In this document: one piece after another, positions 12,764 through 25,312 of the stretch
How positions within the stretch are numbered: position 1 is the first letter of the stretch
Layout: each line of letters starts with the position of its first letter
Origin: Lepidodermella squamata
Lineage: Eukaryota > Animalia > Gastrotricha
Reading direction: 5' to 3'
Assembly: GCA_047495785.1 (NCBI GenBank)
Contig: JBLDXI010000010.1
Location: 558,001-622,000 of the forward strand
DNA: 64,000 nt
Position numbers and translations under genes: made by a program
The notes under the pieces: generated by a model
Database searches by the model: none
What the model was told of the DNA's origin: nothing
The model's input: the letters and a program-made list of their open reading frames with translations, nothing else

Positions 12764-12904
12764 ACCCCTGGATTTTAACGAAATGTGAAAATAATTTCTG
12801 ACGTGATTTTATTATGAATGCAATTAAACTATTTCGCGCTACAAGTTGCGTTTCCGGCTTCACTGTTCCAGGTTATAACCTTATGAGGCTGCGTCATCAC
12901 GGTT

Positions 12905-13015
12905 GTGCGCGAAAAGAGCAAGCGCGGAATATAAGAGCAAAGACATAAGAGTAATGAGATAAGAGCAGCGAAATAAGAGCAGAACGGCATAATAGAAACT
13001 GAATATAAGAGTAAT
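12905..13015. repeat. Short imperfect repeat array of (AT)AAGAG(C/T)A units
   Basis: About 6 spaced copies of AAGAGCA/AAGAGTA; absent from the homologous flank of HYKK copy 2, so probably an inserted repeat remnant. Confidence 0.45.
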
Positions 13016-13201
13016 TATTCTATTTATATTCGCTAGGTTACAACCTAAGATAAGCTTTTGGGTCTTATCGTGTCTCTCATTTTATCCAAGAGCCGTTTTA
13101 TCCGATAGTGAATGCTTCGAGTTGTTAGACAAACAGCTAAGTCCTTCGCTGGATACATTTCACCAGAATAGAAGACATTTTAAACGTGGAAACATACGGC
13201 A

Positions 13202-14436
13202 ATGGGCGAATATGAAGCTCGTGTTACGGAATTGTTGGCAAATGAGTACGCATTCTTTTTCATGTTCCTTCGACCTCTGAAATTATTCAATTTCTAAATA
13301 GGTACGGAATAGTAGCGGAAAATCTGACTCTTCTAGATGGCACAGCGGATAAAACGTACCTCGTAAACGGCAATCATAGTGTTTTGAAGGTGTTCCTAGA
13401 CCCGATAGCTCAAGACACGAAACAAATCGGTTGGAGAATTACGCATTTTTTACAACTTTTTAACCATTTTTTATTGTAGATGCCGAAATTCAGCTGATGA
13501 TTTTTCTGAAATCTAAAGGATTTCCTGTTCCTGATGTTATACCGACTAAATCTGGATCTTACTACACCTGGTTGGAATCAAACGAGAATGGCTCGGTTAC
13601 CAGACACCCTGTTCGAATTTGTTCTTTCCTCTCCGGTAGCCTTTGGTGCAAACTAAACTATGCCCGAGAATTTTGCGAAACATTTGGAATTTTTATTGGA
13701 AAATTAGTCACGGCTCTATCTGTAAAAATGTCGACATGCAGCAACATTTTATGATTATGCGAACATGTCTTTCAGGGATTTGAACATCCATACTATCTGG
13801 AAAACGCAAATTATAAGTACATCATCGATTGCAGCCCTGATTGGAACGTTTACAAATTGAAAGAACTGCTGAAAGACGAGGAGACAAAATACAAGCTCTG
13901 CAATCAAATTTGCCAACTTTTCGACGAAAAAGTCGTTCCTATTTTGGATAAACTTCCGAAACGTTTGCCTTTCATTTAATTATTCATGTTATTTTTCATG
14001 ATCAGACCTATTTTCAGAACAAATTCATGGCGATTGTAATTCTCGAAACATTATGGTGGACGAAAATTGCGAAAAAGTTGTAGGATTAATTGATTTTACC
14101 GATTCACGCTACATGCTTCGAATTTACGAAATCGGCATTGTTCTACCTGTGTTTTTAGGCCATGATACGTCTGAAGATTATTCAGAAATTCGAGCATTTA
14201 TGAAAGGCCTTAAGTCGCACGTCCAGCTGACCAAGGAAGAGCTCGAAGTTTTGAGAATAAGCACATGTGCCCGGATTGCTCTTGTCATGAATTGTAGCAA
14301 GTTGTTTGAAATCCAAAACCCGGAATACAAAGAATCGTACATGACGAGCATTTTCGGCGATGTGTGGCGAATTTTGGACGATTTACTGAATAATCCTGTG
14401 AAAATTGCCAATTTTGAAGCTGCCATAAATGTTTGA
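13202..14436 (+). CDS. HYKK: Hydroxylysine kinase-like, tandem copy 2, 5 exons
   Basis: Same exon structure and motifs as copy 1 (IHGDCNSRNI, IDFTD); high identity throughout. Confidence 0.72.
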
Positions 14437-15189
14437 ACCACGAACCACCTAACAAAATTTGAAAATAAAGGTGATTAAATTCTGAGATTTTAATGCTAAA
14501 TGTAAATAAACTGTTTCGCGCTACAAGTGACGCGTCCGGCCTCATTGTTCCAGGCTTCAACCTCGAGTCTTAGGGCTGCGTCATCACTCATCAATTTCAT
14601 GAATCGCGACGATTAAATTTGGATTTTTTGTTTCACAAAATGCGTGATTTTACTATTTTGTGGCAATTTTTTTGCTCCTGGTCAATTTTATTGCTAATTT
14701 TTATTATCAGCGGAAGGTTGGTTGGTTTCTCTAGATAAGCTTCTGGGCCTTTCTTATCGTGTCTCTTATTTTATTCATGAGCAGTTTGTTCCGAAAATAA
14801 TGTTTTGAGTGCGCCCTGGTTTCTAGGCCATTTTTACTCACAGCGCTGGTTCAAACTCGAAGCAATAATTATAACAATTTTCCGACTTGCTGAGAAGGTG
14901 AGCAATTTACTTAATTCTCATAAAAAAAATCTGATTCCGTTAAAATACGACAGTTTATTAAGTTTGATTAAACCTAAAATCTAAAATAATAACGAACTCA
15001 ATACTTCCGGTTTAATTAAAGGTTTTTATTGCAATTTTTGAAAATATTAAATATTTCCATACTTTGCAAACTTATCTTCGGTTTTGTCTGATCTCGTTTT
15101 AGTGAGATATTTTGTTCGATGCTGATTTTTCAAAACATTTCAAGTTTTTGAAAATAATATATAATATCCTTTTTTTAATTTTTTGGCAG

Positions 15190-17844
15190 GCTGTTTTGGC
15201 GAGAACTGGACCTTTTCGCTCAACTTTGAATACCCTTCGATTTGTCTCCAAAATGACGGACTCTGAGGTATCTTCAACCGCCGCCGTAGCGGATCTACAG
15301 CCTCTGCCAACGGTGGCCGATGAAGCTGCACCGAAAAAGTTCAACAAAAGTTTCGAAATCGATTTCTGCCGCAATCACCTGCGTAAACCTTCAAAAGCCA
15401 GTTACAAGCTGATCGGGAAATCTCTGGAAATCGGCAAGAACGGGTCGGCAATTTTTAATATTAGCCGGAATGATGAAACGCCATTAAATGGTGAAATCAC
15501 GGCTTTGGGCAAAGATGGAAACATCGTTCACGTTCGAATCGATACGGCAGAAATTTCCAAACCGCGATTTGAATTACAGCCTGATGACGTTGTTACATCG
15601 AATGCCTTATCGAGTTGTTATCACAAGTACCGTTTACAAACTGATGGGAAGAAAGCTTCGTCAATCAGCCTTGGAACTTCGAAGATTGTAATCAACCACG
15701 AGCCATTTAGTCTGAATTTCAAGAATGAGACTGGCGAATCTATTGTTACAATCAACGCCAAAGGAATGCTAGAAATCGGAGGGGAAGATGGAGCTATATC
15801 GGGCGATTTCACGTTTCGTGACTCGCAGAACTTGTACGGCCTAGCTGAGCATGCTGATTCTCTAAGGTTGAAAGAAACAATCGGCGATGAGCCTTATCGA
15901 CTGTTCAACTGCGATTATTTCGGTTACGAACTCGATTACCGCGGTTCTCTGTACGGCTCGATTCCGTTGATGATCGCGCCGAAAAGGGGCGGAGCTTGCT
16001 GCGGCGTGTTCTGGTTAAACTCGTCCGATACTTGGGTTGACATCGACTATCGAAACAAGCGATCATCGTCGTCTCAATTCATCTCAGAGTGTGGAGTTTT
16101 CGAAGTTTACGTCTTGCTTGGTCCGAAAATTGGCGATGTTTTGCGTCAATATCTCTTCCTGACTGGGACTACGCCGTTACCACCACTTTTCGCTTTGGGC
16201 TACCACCAGTCACGCTGGAATTACGACGACCAAGCAGATGTGCTTCAAATCAACGAAAACCTGGCTAAAAATGATATTCCATGTGATGTTATTTGGCTTG
16301 ACATCGAATATACTGACGGTAAAAAGTACTTCACCTGGGACGGAACGAAATTCCCCGACCCCCTGGCAATGTTGGAAAAGTTGAAGCAAAACGGCCGTCG
16401 TTTGGTGACAATCGTCGACCCGCATCTTAAGAAGGACCCTAGCTACTCGAAATACGCTGAAGCTAGCTCGAAAGACTACTTCGTGAAGGATCCAGTTACG
16501 AAAGAAGACTACGTCGCAGAATGTTGGCCAGGTGCTTCATGTTGGCCAGATTTCACACGGCAAGAAGTTCGCCAATGGTGGGCTGACCAGTTCAGTTTTG
16601 CCAACTATCCGTTGACAAACGACCGTGTCTACATTTGGAACGATATGAACGAACCTGCTGTCTTCAAAGGCGTCGAGACAACTATGCCGAAAGAAGTGCT
16701 CCATGCTAACGGCGTCGAACATCGCCAGGTTCATAATCTGTACGGCCACTACCAGGCAATGGGTAGTTTCCAAGGGCTTCTGAGTCGCGGAGAAGGGCAG
16801 AAGCGGCCTTTTGTTCTTACGAGGTCATTCTTCGCCGGGACGCAACGATTTTCAGCAGTTTGGACTGGCGATAACGTCGCTGAATGGAAATATTTACAGT
16901 CTTCGATTCCAATGCTTCTGAGCCTTAGTGTTTGCGGGGTAGCATTTTGCGGTTCTGATATTGGTGGGTTCGCTAACGACCCGGATGAAGAACTTCTCAC
17001 TCGTTGGTACCAAGCTGCAGTATTCCAGCCGTTTTTCCGGGAGCATTCGTATGGGAAACGTCGCGAACCTTGGCTTTTCTCACCTCGAACCAACGAACGG
17101 CTTCAGAATGCGATCAGGCTACGCTACACCTACCTGCCGTATTGGTACACCCTGTTCTACGAGCACGAAATGAAAAACGGTCTGTCACCTATGAGGCCGA
17201 TGTGGGCGGAATTCCCTGAAGAAGTCGAGACATTCACTGATGAAACGTCGTTTCTTGTAGGCGATGCGCTCTTAGTGCATCCTGTTTGCAGGTCAGGCGT
17301 GAAATTTGAGCAGATTTACATGCCGGGTAAAAATGTGCTCTGGTACAGAGCTGACCGATGGAGCTGTGTTCGTGGCGGTAAATCCTTCGTTGAAAAGCTT
17401 CACATCAACCGCATCCCTGTTTTCCAACGCGGCGGAAGTATCGTCCCACGTTGGATAAATCCGAAACAGTCGTCTGAATCCATGGCTAACGGAAAATTTG
17501 CTTTGATCGTTTGCCTTGATGGAAATGGCTCAGCTAGTGGTAATTTATTCACCGACGATTTCGACGGTTACGCCTATCGATCGGGCGGTGGCTCTTACTT
17601 TTATTTCTCGTTTGACAACTCGACGTTTTGTTTTGAAACTACGGCAACGGCGGGCCAGGCTGTTTTTATCGACAAAATTGTTGTTGCCGGCTTGCTGGGC
17701 GAGCCGCGGAGTGCAGTTTTGACACGCGATGCTAAGAAATCATCTTTGCCGCTGGTCTGGAACGAATCGAGGCGATTTGCCGAGCTTCTGCTGTCGTCAC
17801 AAGCTGTTCACCTGGGGAAGAAATTAGAAATTTCTCTGTGCTAA
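15190..17844 (+). CDS. GH31 neutral alpha-glucosidase (glucosidase II alpha/GANAB-GANC-like), copy 1
   Basis: One uninterrupted 2.65-kb coding exon after acceptor TTTTGGCAG (15189); first in-frame ATG at 15253. Motifs GYHQSRWNY, WLDIEYT, WNDMNEP (nucleophile), WTGDN (acid/base), GSDIGGF, RREPW. Confidence 0.92.
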   Translation, partial: AVLARTGPFRSTLNTLRFVSKMTDSEVSSTAAVADLQPLPTVADEAAPKKFNKSFEIDFCRNHLRKPSKASYKLIGKSLEIGKNGSAIFNISRNDETPLNGEITALGKDGNIVHVRIDTAEISKPRFELQPDDVVTSNALSSCYHKYRLQTDGKKASSISLGTSKIVINHEPFSLNFKNETGESIVTINAKGMLEIGGEDGAISGDFTFRDSQNLYGLAEHADSLRLKETIGDEPYRLFNCDYFGYELDYRGSLYGSIPLMIAPKRGGACCGVFWLNSSDTWVDIDYRNKRSSSSQFISECGVFEVYVLLGPKIGDVLRQYLFLTGTTPLPPLFALGYHQSRWNYDDQADVLQINENLAKNDIPCDVIWLDIEYTDGKKYFTWDGTKFPDPLAMLEKLKQNGRRLVTIVDPHLKKDPSYSKYAEASSKDYFVKDPVTKEDYVAECWPGASCWPDFTRQEVRQWWADQFSFANYPLTNDRVYIWNDMNEPAVFKGVETTMPKEVLHANGVEHRQVHNLYGHYQAMGSFQGLLSRGEGQKRPFVLTRSFFAGTQRFSAVWTGDNVAEWKYLQSSIPMLLSLSVCGVAFCGSDIGGFANDPDEELLTRWYQAAVFQPFFREHSYGKRREPWLFSPRTNERLQNAIRLRYTYLPYWYTLFYEHEMKNGLSPMRPMWAEFPEEVETFTDETSFLVGDALLVHPVCRSGVKFEQIYMPGKNVLWYRADRWSCVRGGKSFVEKLHINRIPVFQRGGSIVPRWINPKQSSESMANGKFALIVCLDGNGSASGNLFTDDFDGYAYRSGGGSYFYFSFDNSTFCFETTATAGQAVFIDKIVVAGLLGEPRSAVLTRDAKKSSLPLVWNESRRFAELLLSSQAVHLGKKLEISLC

Positions 17845-19500
17845 TGAACTCCTAAGCTGATTTTCTTAGAGATTTGTTTTCGTTTGATCTTAATAAAATG
17901 CTTCTGTCATATTTTTCGGTTTTCTCGGGACACTCGGGCTTGCGGCATTTTGTTCTCACTTTTAGGACGTTTCAGTGTTCAAGTTTCAGTGGATTTGCGA
18001 AGATCATCACTCTAAATAGGTAACTGAGATGAGAAATTTCGATTTTAACGTAACTCGATGTTATCATCCGGTCAAACAACAAATACTACAATGTCCAGCA
18101 TAGTCTCAAATGTTTCTGCAGCAGATAAGTAATCCCGTCATGCAAGGTTTAGCGCAATGCACGGGCACGGGGACTAGCAGTTATCGAGGGTTGTAAATAA
18201 ATGATGTAGGGATTGAGTTTGAACCAGCTTTAAGCCAGATGGGGCTGAGCAAATAGTAAACATGGAGTCGCTTTATTTCGCACTCTTTTTACTGTTTACG
18301 CTCAGCGGCTCATGGAAACTCGAATTTAGGAGATATTTTCATATTATAACCAATAATGCTTTGAAGTGTCTGAATATTACGAAATGGGACATCGATTTTT
18401 ATGATTAATTGAAACATGCTAAGAGGTTTGAAATTTAAATTCATTTTAAAATTTAATAAATTTATTAAAATTTGAAAAGAAATTGCTCGTAAATTTTAGC
18501 AAACAATATTGTGTTCACTTTTGGCTTGCATTGATAGTATTGATTTTTCAGGAACATTCACACGCCTCTGATACCTCCCTGTGATACCTGCCTACATTTG
18601 CAGCCATGAAGCATGAATATTTACTCTCTAACTTCTAACTTATCCTAGCCAAATATTGCCGGAAGCGGAGCCACATTTCGAGTAATTAATTCGCCAAAAA
18701 ATGCGAACTTTTCTGGAATTTCCCGATCAATTGGAAAAAATCGGAATGAATGGCCATAAAAATATCCGTGATTTTCAGAATTAAGCCTGGCTATCCCTTT
18801 GAGAACAATCATGATCGAAAAACAGCATTCGAAAAACATTTTAATAATTAGCGTTTGGTGCCAATTCTTGAAATTTGGTTCCGCTACGGTCAATTTTAGT
18901 TCCGCAACAGGCCAGTTTAGCGACGGGACACGGTCCGTAGCCCTTCAAATAGCGAGTAGCCAAACCGGCGTGAAGCGAAGATAATCCGTTGATTCCTCGA
19001 CAGTAAAACACGGCGAACTGTCTCAGACGCCGCGCGTGGTGCCTGTCAAGAACTACGGGTGTGGGTGCGCGTGTTCTATGCGTGCGTTGAATATGAAGCA
19101 ATAAATGCTCCGAGACATGCGATTTGTCTAGCGAATCCGTGAAATCACCGATAGCCAATGGCCGGCAAATTACCTGTTACGCCGGTATTGTCGATGGGCA
19201 TCGATTGATATTCGCCCGCTATTCCCGCTGCGTCTCGGGCCGGCGTATATCAACATGCGCGCGGCTTATTGTGTTGTAGCGCGGCGATGCGCGAACGTAG
19301 GCACGGATTACGCAACCAGCGCGCAATTATTTATTTAAGGGCGCAAAATTGGGGCGCACTTATTTTATTTTAGGCGACAGATTTTTACTCACCCATTATT
19401 TTATTTAATATATAATCACGGAGAACAAATAAATTGCACGTTTTCCGGTGTCTCCTCCGCGCGCGCACTCCTATTGGTTGGCTCGATTTTTATGCGTTCC

Positions 19501-19719
19501 GAGCTTGGACGATTTTTTTCACTAGGAATTTTCATAATATCGGCAAGGTGAATTTGCATTATATTGACGAATCACAAATCCAGCTATGATCTTTTTTCCA
19601 GCTACAACATGTGCTGTCGAAAAAAATTCTAGACTGGAACATCCAGTTTTTTATAAAGCCGGAGGTTGAAATTTTTTATTTAAAATTCATAGAAAATCAG
19701 TGAAAAATCGTCCAAGCTC
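19501..19719. repeat. Inverted repeat pair, probably part of a degraded MITE
   Basis: GAGCTTGGACGATTTTTTTCACT (19501-19523) versus AGTGAAAAATCGTCCAAGCTC (19699-19719); element ends and TSD not resolved. Confidence 0.5.
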
Positions 19720-21207
19720 GCTCAAAGTCTGGAATTGTGGACCATGATGCGGGCTACCTGGATCATTAAAAAAATTGCAACTTCAACTCAATTTCAACTT
19801 CATTAACGATTTTAATTACCTTCGGCTTACCTCGTTTCTACGGCTCTGAAAATTTCGAAAAATAACCAGCGTGTTCCTCGTGTGGCCATCTTTCCGAATC
19901 CGCCAACAACGACCCGCGGAAAAATCGGAACCGCCTCGGAACCAGCGAAAAAAGAATCCAACGTTTTGTTTTCACTACATACCTCCAAGCGCTGATGAAT
20001 CAGCTGACCATTTGACGGCGCACTCGAAGCGCGATTGAAGCGTAAAATTACAGCTATTAGTAATGTACAGTAAATGTACACGTGTAGCCTGATGTCATAC
20101 GCTGAAAACTTTGAAGCTTTGAAGTATTTTAGACACCTATTAAACCTCGAATGAAATCCGAATTTATCGACCAAGTTGGTTTCAAAATAACCGTCAGGAA
20201 TAACCCAAAATTCAAAAACTTTTCATTAATTTCACCAAATTCATCGATTTTGAAAAATCGATTTTCCGGGAATTTTTCACCGATTTTTGCCAAGATAAAT
20301 AAAACAGGCTTTTCTGTGTTGCTTTGCTGAAAATAGATACATAGATCTACATAAATCAGTCAGAAATTAACGAGAGTCAAATGGAGTAAATTAAATTTAA
20401 ATTAAATTTAAATTAAATGTGAAAAGTATAATTATAGAAGTATACTACAACCATGTCAAGATTTGTCAAGTGTTGAAGCGGGGGTAAATGGCGATGTCTA
20501 TTCTGACCGACCGTGGAGTAAATAGCGAAAAAGACACGACTGTTTAAACTCATGAAAAGTCCCATTTTCGAATAATTTTTGGTTCAGATTACGATTGCGT
20601 CATCGTGTTCTGAAAGTGAGGGCTGAACACTGAAAATCATGCAGAATTTCAACATCATTAAACGAATTTTTGTTAAAATTTAATCGTGAAATTCCAGGGG
20701 GCGTATGTTGGAAGTGTGCTTAGGTTGGATCAAGGTTTTAGGTTTAAGTTTTTGTCCTAGTTTTAAGACAACCATTGTTGCGTATTGGGACATACCATTG
20801 TTTGCGTCTATTAAATGGGACAGGTTAAAAGAATTCCTATGTTCGAAACGAAGACCTATGTTCGAATGAGAGCAAATTTGTGTTTTTTCCACTGTTTTTT
20901 CCGCTAAACCCGGTTTAAACCACGGCTTTGGTGATCCTGGTAGGGGCAGGTTTACATAAAACCGGGCATTGCGAGCTAAGATGGCCAGGACTCTTTGCTG
21001 TATCACGCATGCTCGATAAAAAATTGCACCCATGAAAATGCACATGGCAAGGAAGACAAAAATATAGCAAGTGATCAGTGTTGTTTCTTACGTGGACATT
21101 TTTATGGAAAGTTTGAAATTTAAATTTCGTCTTCCGATTTTTCGATTTCGATTTGCAAATTTCGATTGAAGGCCATCTTTAATAATTTAATAATAATTTC
21201 TTTAATA

Positions 21208-21276
21208 CAGTGGAACCCCGATTTCCCGTTTTCTGCGGTTCCACGAAAATCCTGACGGGAAATCGGGGTTCCACTG
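21208..21276. mobile_element. 69-bp minimal Tc1/mariner (pogo/Tigger-type) MITE
   Basis: Perfect 22-bp TIR CAGTGGAACCCCGATTTCCCGT / ACGGGAAATCGGGGTTCCACTG; TA TSD at 21206-21207 and 21277-21278; sits in a (TAA)n-like tract. Confidence 0.88.
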
Positions 21277-23022
21277 TAATTTTAATAATAATAATGCATG
21301 CAGAACTTGAAGCGTTTCTTGAAATTCCGAAAAAATTGAAAAAATTGAAATTCCCGCTATTTTAGCTCAACGCATTTATCATGTCCAAAATTATCCCACG
21401 TGAGGCATAAACTTAGAGCTCACCTGTAAAAATTTCCCTGCGGCTGATGTCCCATTATTTTATTATAAGTCGATAGTTCATGATGTCAAAAACTGATTAC
21501 TGATGGTAAATTTTTCAGAGCAATCGGCTTTCAGGTTGACCGGAAATAAGGGGGTCCCAAGTCGACGTTTTGAGACATCCCACCTTTCATTATATTCATT
21601 ATTATAAAAAGAGGTAACTTTCAGAATACCTTTAATTGGTACCGTTGAAAAGCCCGTCTTTCAAGGCACCTCGAGATTTTAATTGCAATTTTTTAAATTG
21701 TAGAGATACCGGGGAACGGTACAATTTTGACAACAAAAAAGTACAACTTTGTAAAAAAATCCAGAAAATCGAGTCAGGTGAATTCTTTGCAAATTCTTAC
21801 ACCGTTAGAACTCCCTTGTCCTGGGCATAATTGTTGTATTTTTTCCACGGCCTGATTCAGGTAATTCTCACCTGAGGAAAAAGGCTCGAAATAAAGGTAA
21901 AATTTTGACAAGCTAGTACAACTTTTACAGCTATATGGTAATGCCCCATTTTCAACTTTATCATCTAGCGGCAACGGTGATTCATCGTGTGCATGGTGAA
22001 AATGTAGATTTTTGTATTGATTTTGCTGATTTTTTATTTATTTTGTATTGAAACGCTGTTTTCAAGGTATTGCTTCGAAACTTCACCAAAAATGAACGAG
22101 CGGTGCTAGAATTCGGGAAAAATTGTAGAATTTTTAGATGAGACAGACAGGCTTCATCGAAGTACCATTTGAAAATGGATTGAAAGGAATTCAAGTTAGT
22201 TTTTGAGTACTGACGAGTTGTCAAAGCTGTACCTCCAAAATCGCTACTTAGCTGGTAATTTACCTGGAACTGGCTCTTTAATATTTACTGCTCTCACCTT
22301 AATTATTACCAGCTAAACGCCAGCTTCATTTTGGTATATAAATTCTATCTAAAACTTTAAAATCGCCCCTCTGGGATTTCTTCCCCAGGGCGATTTTAGG
22401 GTTTTCGAGGGTTCGATTCCAAAAATCAGCAGTCAATAATGAAATCGAATTCGGGAAAACAAAATCGATACGAGCCATTTTATCCAGGAGCCAATGGATT
22501 TTGTTGATATTTTTCCAAAATTGTAGGAAGTCAACCGCAGGTAGGCCATTAAGTAGAAAAAAGTTATCAACCACCTGTCAAAATTGTACCACTCCCCGGT
22601 ATTTTCATCGAAATATTTGTTACGCAGAAAATTTGCGAGCCTGACAGGGTTGTGATCGAAAGAAAATGGCAAATTTGCATGTTTTGTTACGCAACAATGA
22701 ATGTGACCCAATAAAAAAATACATTTTACCTGGGGTTAGCCATACCTAAGAGCTACCTGTGGTAGAATAACCCATTCAAATGTTTTCGAAACTCAAAATT
22801 TGCACTTTTCTTTCAATCACAAGTCTGTAAATCGCGAATAGTTTGTTCCAGATGACACAGTCGAAATCAATCAAAAAGGGACTTCAACGGCGTTTTTTAG
22901 TCAAATTTTATAAATTAATAGAAAAGTGTCTCGAAATGACTGGGATCTTTAGATGAATCTCGGTTTAAGGTTCAGCCTAACTTAGTAAAACTTGAGGAAT
23001 ATTTAAGTTAGTTTCCAACATA

Positions 23023-23932
23023 CGGGGTGGTGATCGTACGGACCTTAACTTAAGTGGTAACTTTTCAGATAAGTTCACTTTGCTAAGTTGACCTTAAATT
23101 GGTGTGTGATCGAAACTCACCTTATCAAAGGCGCCCTTAGTTAAGGTCCACTTAAAGGAATGTTATCGTACCTTATCCGGATCTCGATACCGTTCTATCA
23201 CCAACCTTAACTTTTTACTGAGATTCGTAAGTTGAGTGATCAAAGTTAATGTGATCTTAAGTGATTGCGCAACAATGCCAAAAGATGGCCTGATTTCTAG
23301 AGACAAATTTGTGTCCCAATTATCAGCCCTATATTTTCATTGGTCAAGATTAGAAGCTTTGTAATCGATCCTATTTTATTTCTAGTATTGCGGAACCCAT
23401 ATTTTCTCCGCGATGCTCCACTAATTCAAGATTGTTCACCTGTCTGTAGCCGCTAAAACTTTCACTAAGATAAGAAAAATCGCGATACGATCACCCAACT
23501 TATCTTTTCTTCATTGTCGATAATTATTTTGGCGCAATTTACAGGAAAACTCGACACCACTGCCTTGGCATAGGTCCGCAGTCGCACGATAGAGTCCTCG
23601 ACGCCCGGTAAACCCGGTTTTTCCACGTGAAATATCGACAACCAGTTGGCTGAGGGACCTCTCGAGGTCCCTTACACTTAGGGGTGTGACAACCCTTAAC
23701 TTATTTTCTTAAGTCCATTTTAAGGCGTCTTTTTCTTTCGATCACTTACTTATTGTTAAAAAGTACAAAATGTTTACTTATTTCCTTAACTTGAGCGTTC
23801 GATCACACTTCGACTTAAGTTGACCTTATTTCGCAAAAACAGTTAAAGATAAGGGCGACCTTAACTTTCGATCACCAACCTTAGTACTTGAGGAATTAAG
23901 GTGGGGTTAAGGAGCTTACGATCACCACCCCG
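23023..23932. mobile_element. 910-bp MITE with 3-bp TSD (PIF/Harbinger-group-like)
   Basis: 16-bp TIR CGGGGTGGTGATCGTA / TACGATCACCACCCCG; TSD ATA at 23020-23022 and 23933-23935; recurrent subterminal GATCAC and CTTAAGT motifs. Confidence 0.82.
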
Positions 23933-24475
23933 ATACGCCCCCAGAAAATTAAGAAAAGGCGCAGTTTTAGGCGAACTAATTATTTGAAATTGGGTCGAAA
24001 TATTTCCACCACTAAAAATGATGTTACAGCACTAAATTCTGGCACTAAATTTTTCAGATTCTTTGCAATTTCGGCGTTTTCGGTTTTTGATCGATACTGA
24101 TCCTAGGATTTTTTATTTTAGCTTTAGTTGTATATTTAACGACCATTAATCACATTGCCGCTCATTTTTTATTATGATTAACTCGCACATGAAAAACTGC
24201 AAAATACAGCAGCATGAGCTGATTATTGAGAGCAAAATCCACACATTATAATGTTGCATAATCAGATTTATGAGAACAGCATAACGCAATTATGATATTT
24301 CGTGCCCATTCCACAGATTCATAAAACAACCAATAATTTGCGCTGAATATTTTAGAAAATGTATCGAGAAATGAATCTTTTTCATATATTTGAGGTGAGC
24401 GGCTGAAATTATTTAATTTAACTCGAAGCCGTGATGGCGGCCGATCTCTCAAGAGTCGAGATCACGATTGGAGAT

Positions 24476-25082
24476 CACTTGGTTTCCAACATTTTTCAAA
24501 TTTAATTGCCAATTAATGTCTTGTTTAATTAAAATTTTTAATAAATTTATCTTACGGACCCGAAAAATAATAAATTCACATAGCGGGTTGCAATATCGAG
24601 GAAGCACTGCATGATTGATTTTCGAATTTTTTTTAGATGAAATTAGGGTTATTAATTTTAAACTCCCTTGGATGTCGCGGGCCTTTTTAGCTTGGGGTCG
24701 CTTGATCAGCTGGGGTTACGGGGGTCGCCGAGTAATTCTGATCAAACGGGAAAGAATCGTCGATTTCAGCCATAATAGCATTCTCGCCTGATAAATGATT
24801 TTATTTTACTTACGTATTGGAAGTCAACCAGCTTTAAAGCATTTCAGGCTGGAATTTAAAAAAAAATATTTGCAAAAATGATATTTTTATATGCTAAAAA
24901 TGCGAAAATATTATGACCGGCGAGTGAAAATTTCAGCTTGGAAAAAATCGGTATTTTGAGATCGTATTTTAAGGTTATAAAAATTGCTAAAAGTATTGAA
25001 AAATTTGAAAAAATGTTGGGGGTCGCGAAATTCTTATACGATAATGTTGTGAGTTGTCGAAGGCTTGGGCTGAGAAGCCCTG
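24476..25082. mobile_element. Degenerate hAT/Charlie-like MITE remnant
   Basis: Repeated GGGGTCGC motifs; right end TGAGAAGCCCTG (25071-25082) is the reverse complement of CAGGGCTTCTCA seen again at 30598; left end and TSD are poor. Confidence 0.3.
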
Positions 25083-25312
25083 GTATTAATTAAGAAATGG
25101 CCGGCAACAATATTTTATTCGTTTCGCAATTAATTTCAATTAATTTGAATTTTAATTGTTGCAGGCAGTTTTGGCGAGAACTAGATGTTCTCATCTTTTA
25201 CGATGTTTACGATGAACTAGTCAAGAAATTTATTTGTCGTAAAATTATTTTGGTCAATCATCGACGCTTTCTTCTAATTTGGGATAACATTGAGAGTCGA
25301 ATTTTTTCGCAG

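Larger units (their letters stand above)
20697..23942. mobile_element. Putative older DNA element whose right TIR is split by a younger insertion
   Basis: GGGGGCGTATGTTGGAA (20697-20713) is the exact reverse complement of TTCCAACATA (23013-23022) + CGCCCCC (23936-23942) once the 23023-23932 element and one TSD copy are removed; no clean TSD of its own. Confidence 0.5.

Noticed and set aside
12905-13015. Spaced short repeats as a CRISPR-like array
   Set aside because: Units are only 7-9 bp with irregular short spacers, the context is eukaryotic and there are no cas genes.
15112-15189. N-terminal extensions of the 910-aa and 953-aa GH31 ORFs (also 25097-25312)
   Set aside because: AT-rich intron-like sequence ending in polypyrimidine-CAG acceptors and not conserved in frame between the copies.
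21400-22760. Scattered short direct and inverted matches (TTTGACAA..GTACAACTTT, AGAGCT(C)ACCTG)
   Set aside because: Likely internal to a non-autonomous element, but ends and TSD could not be defined.
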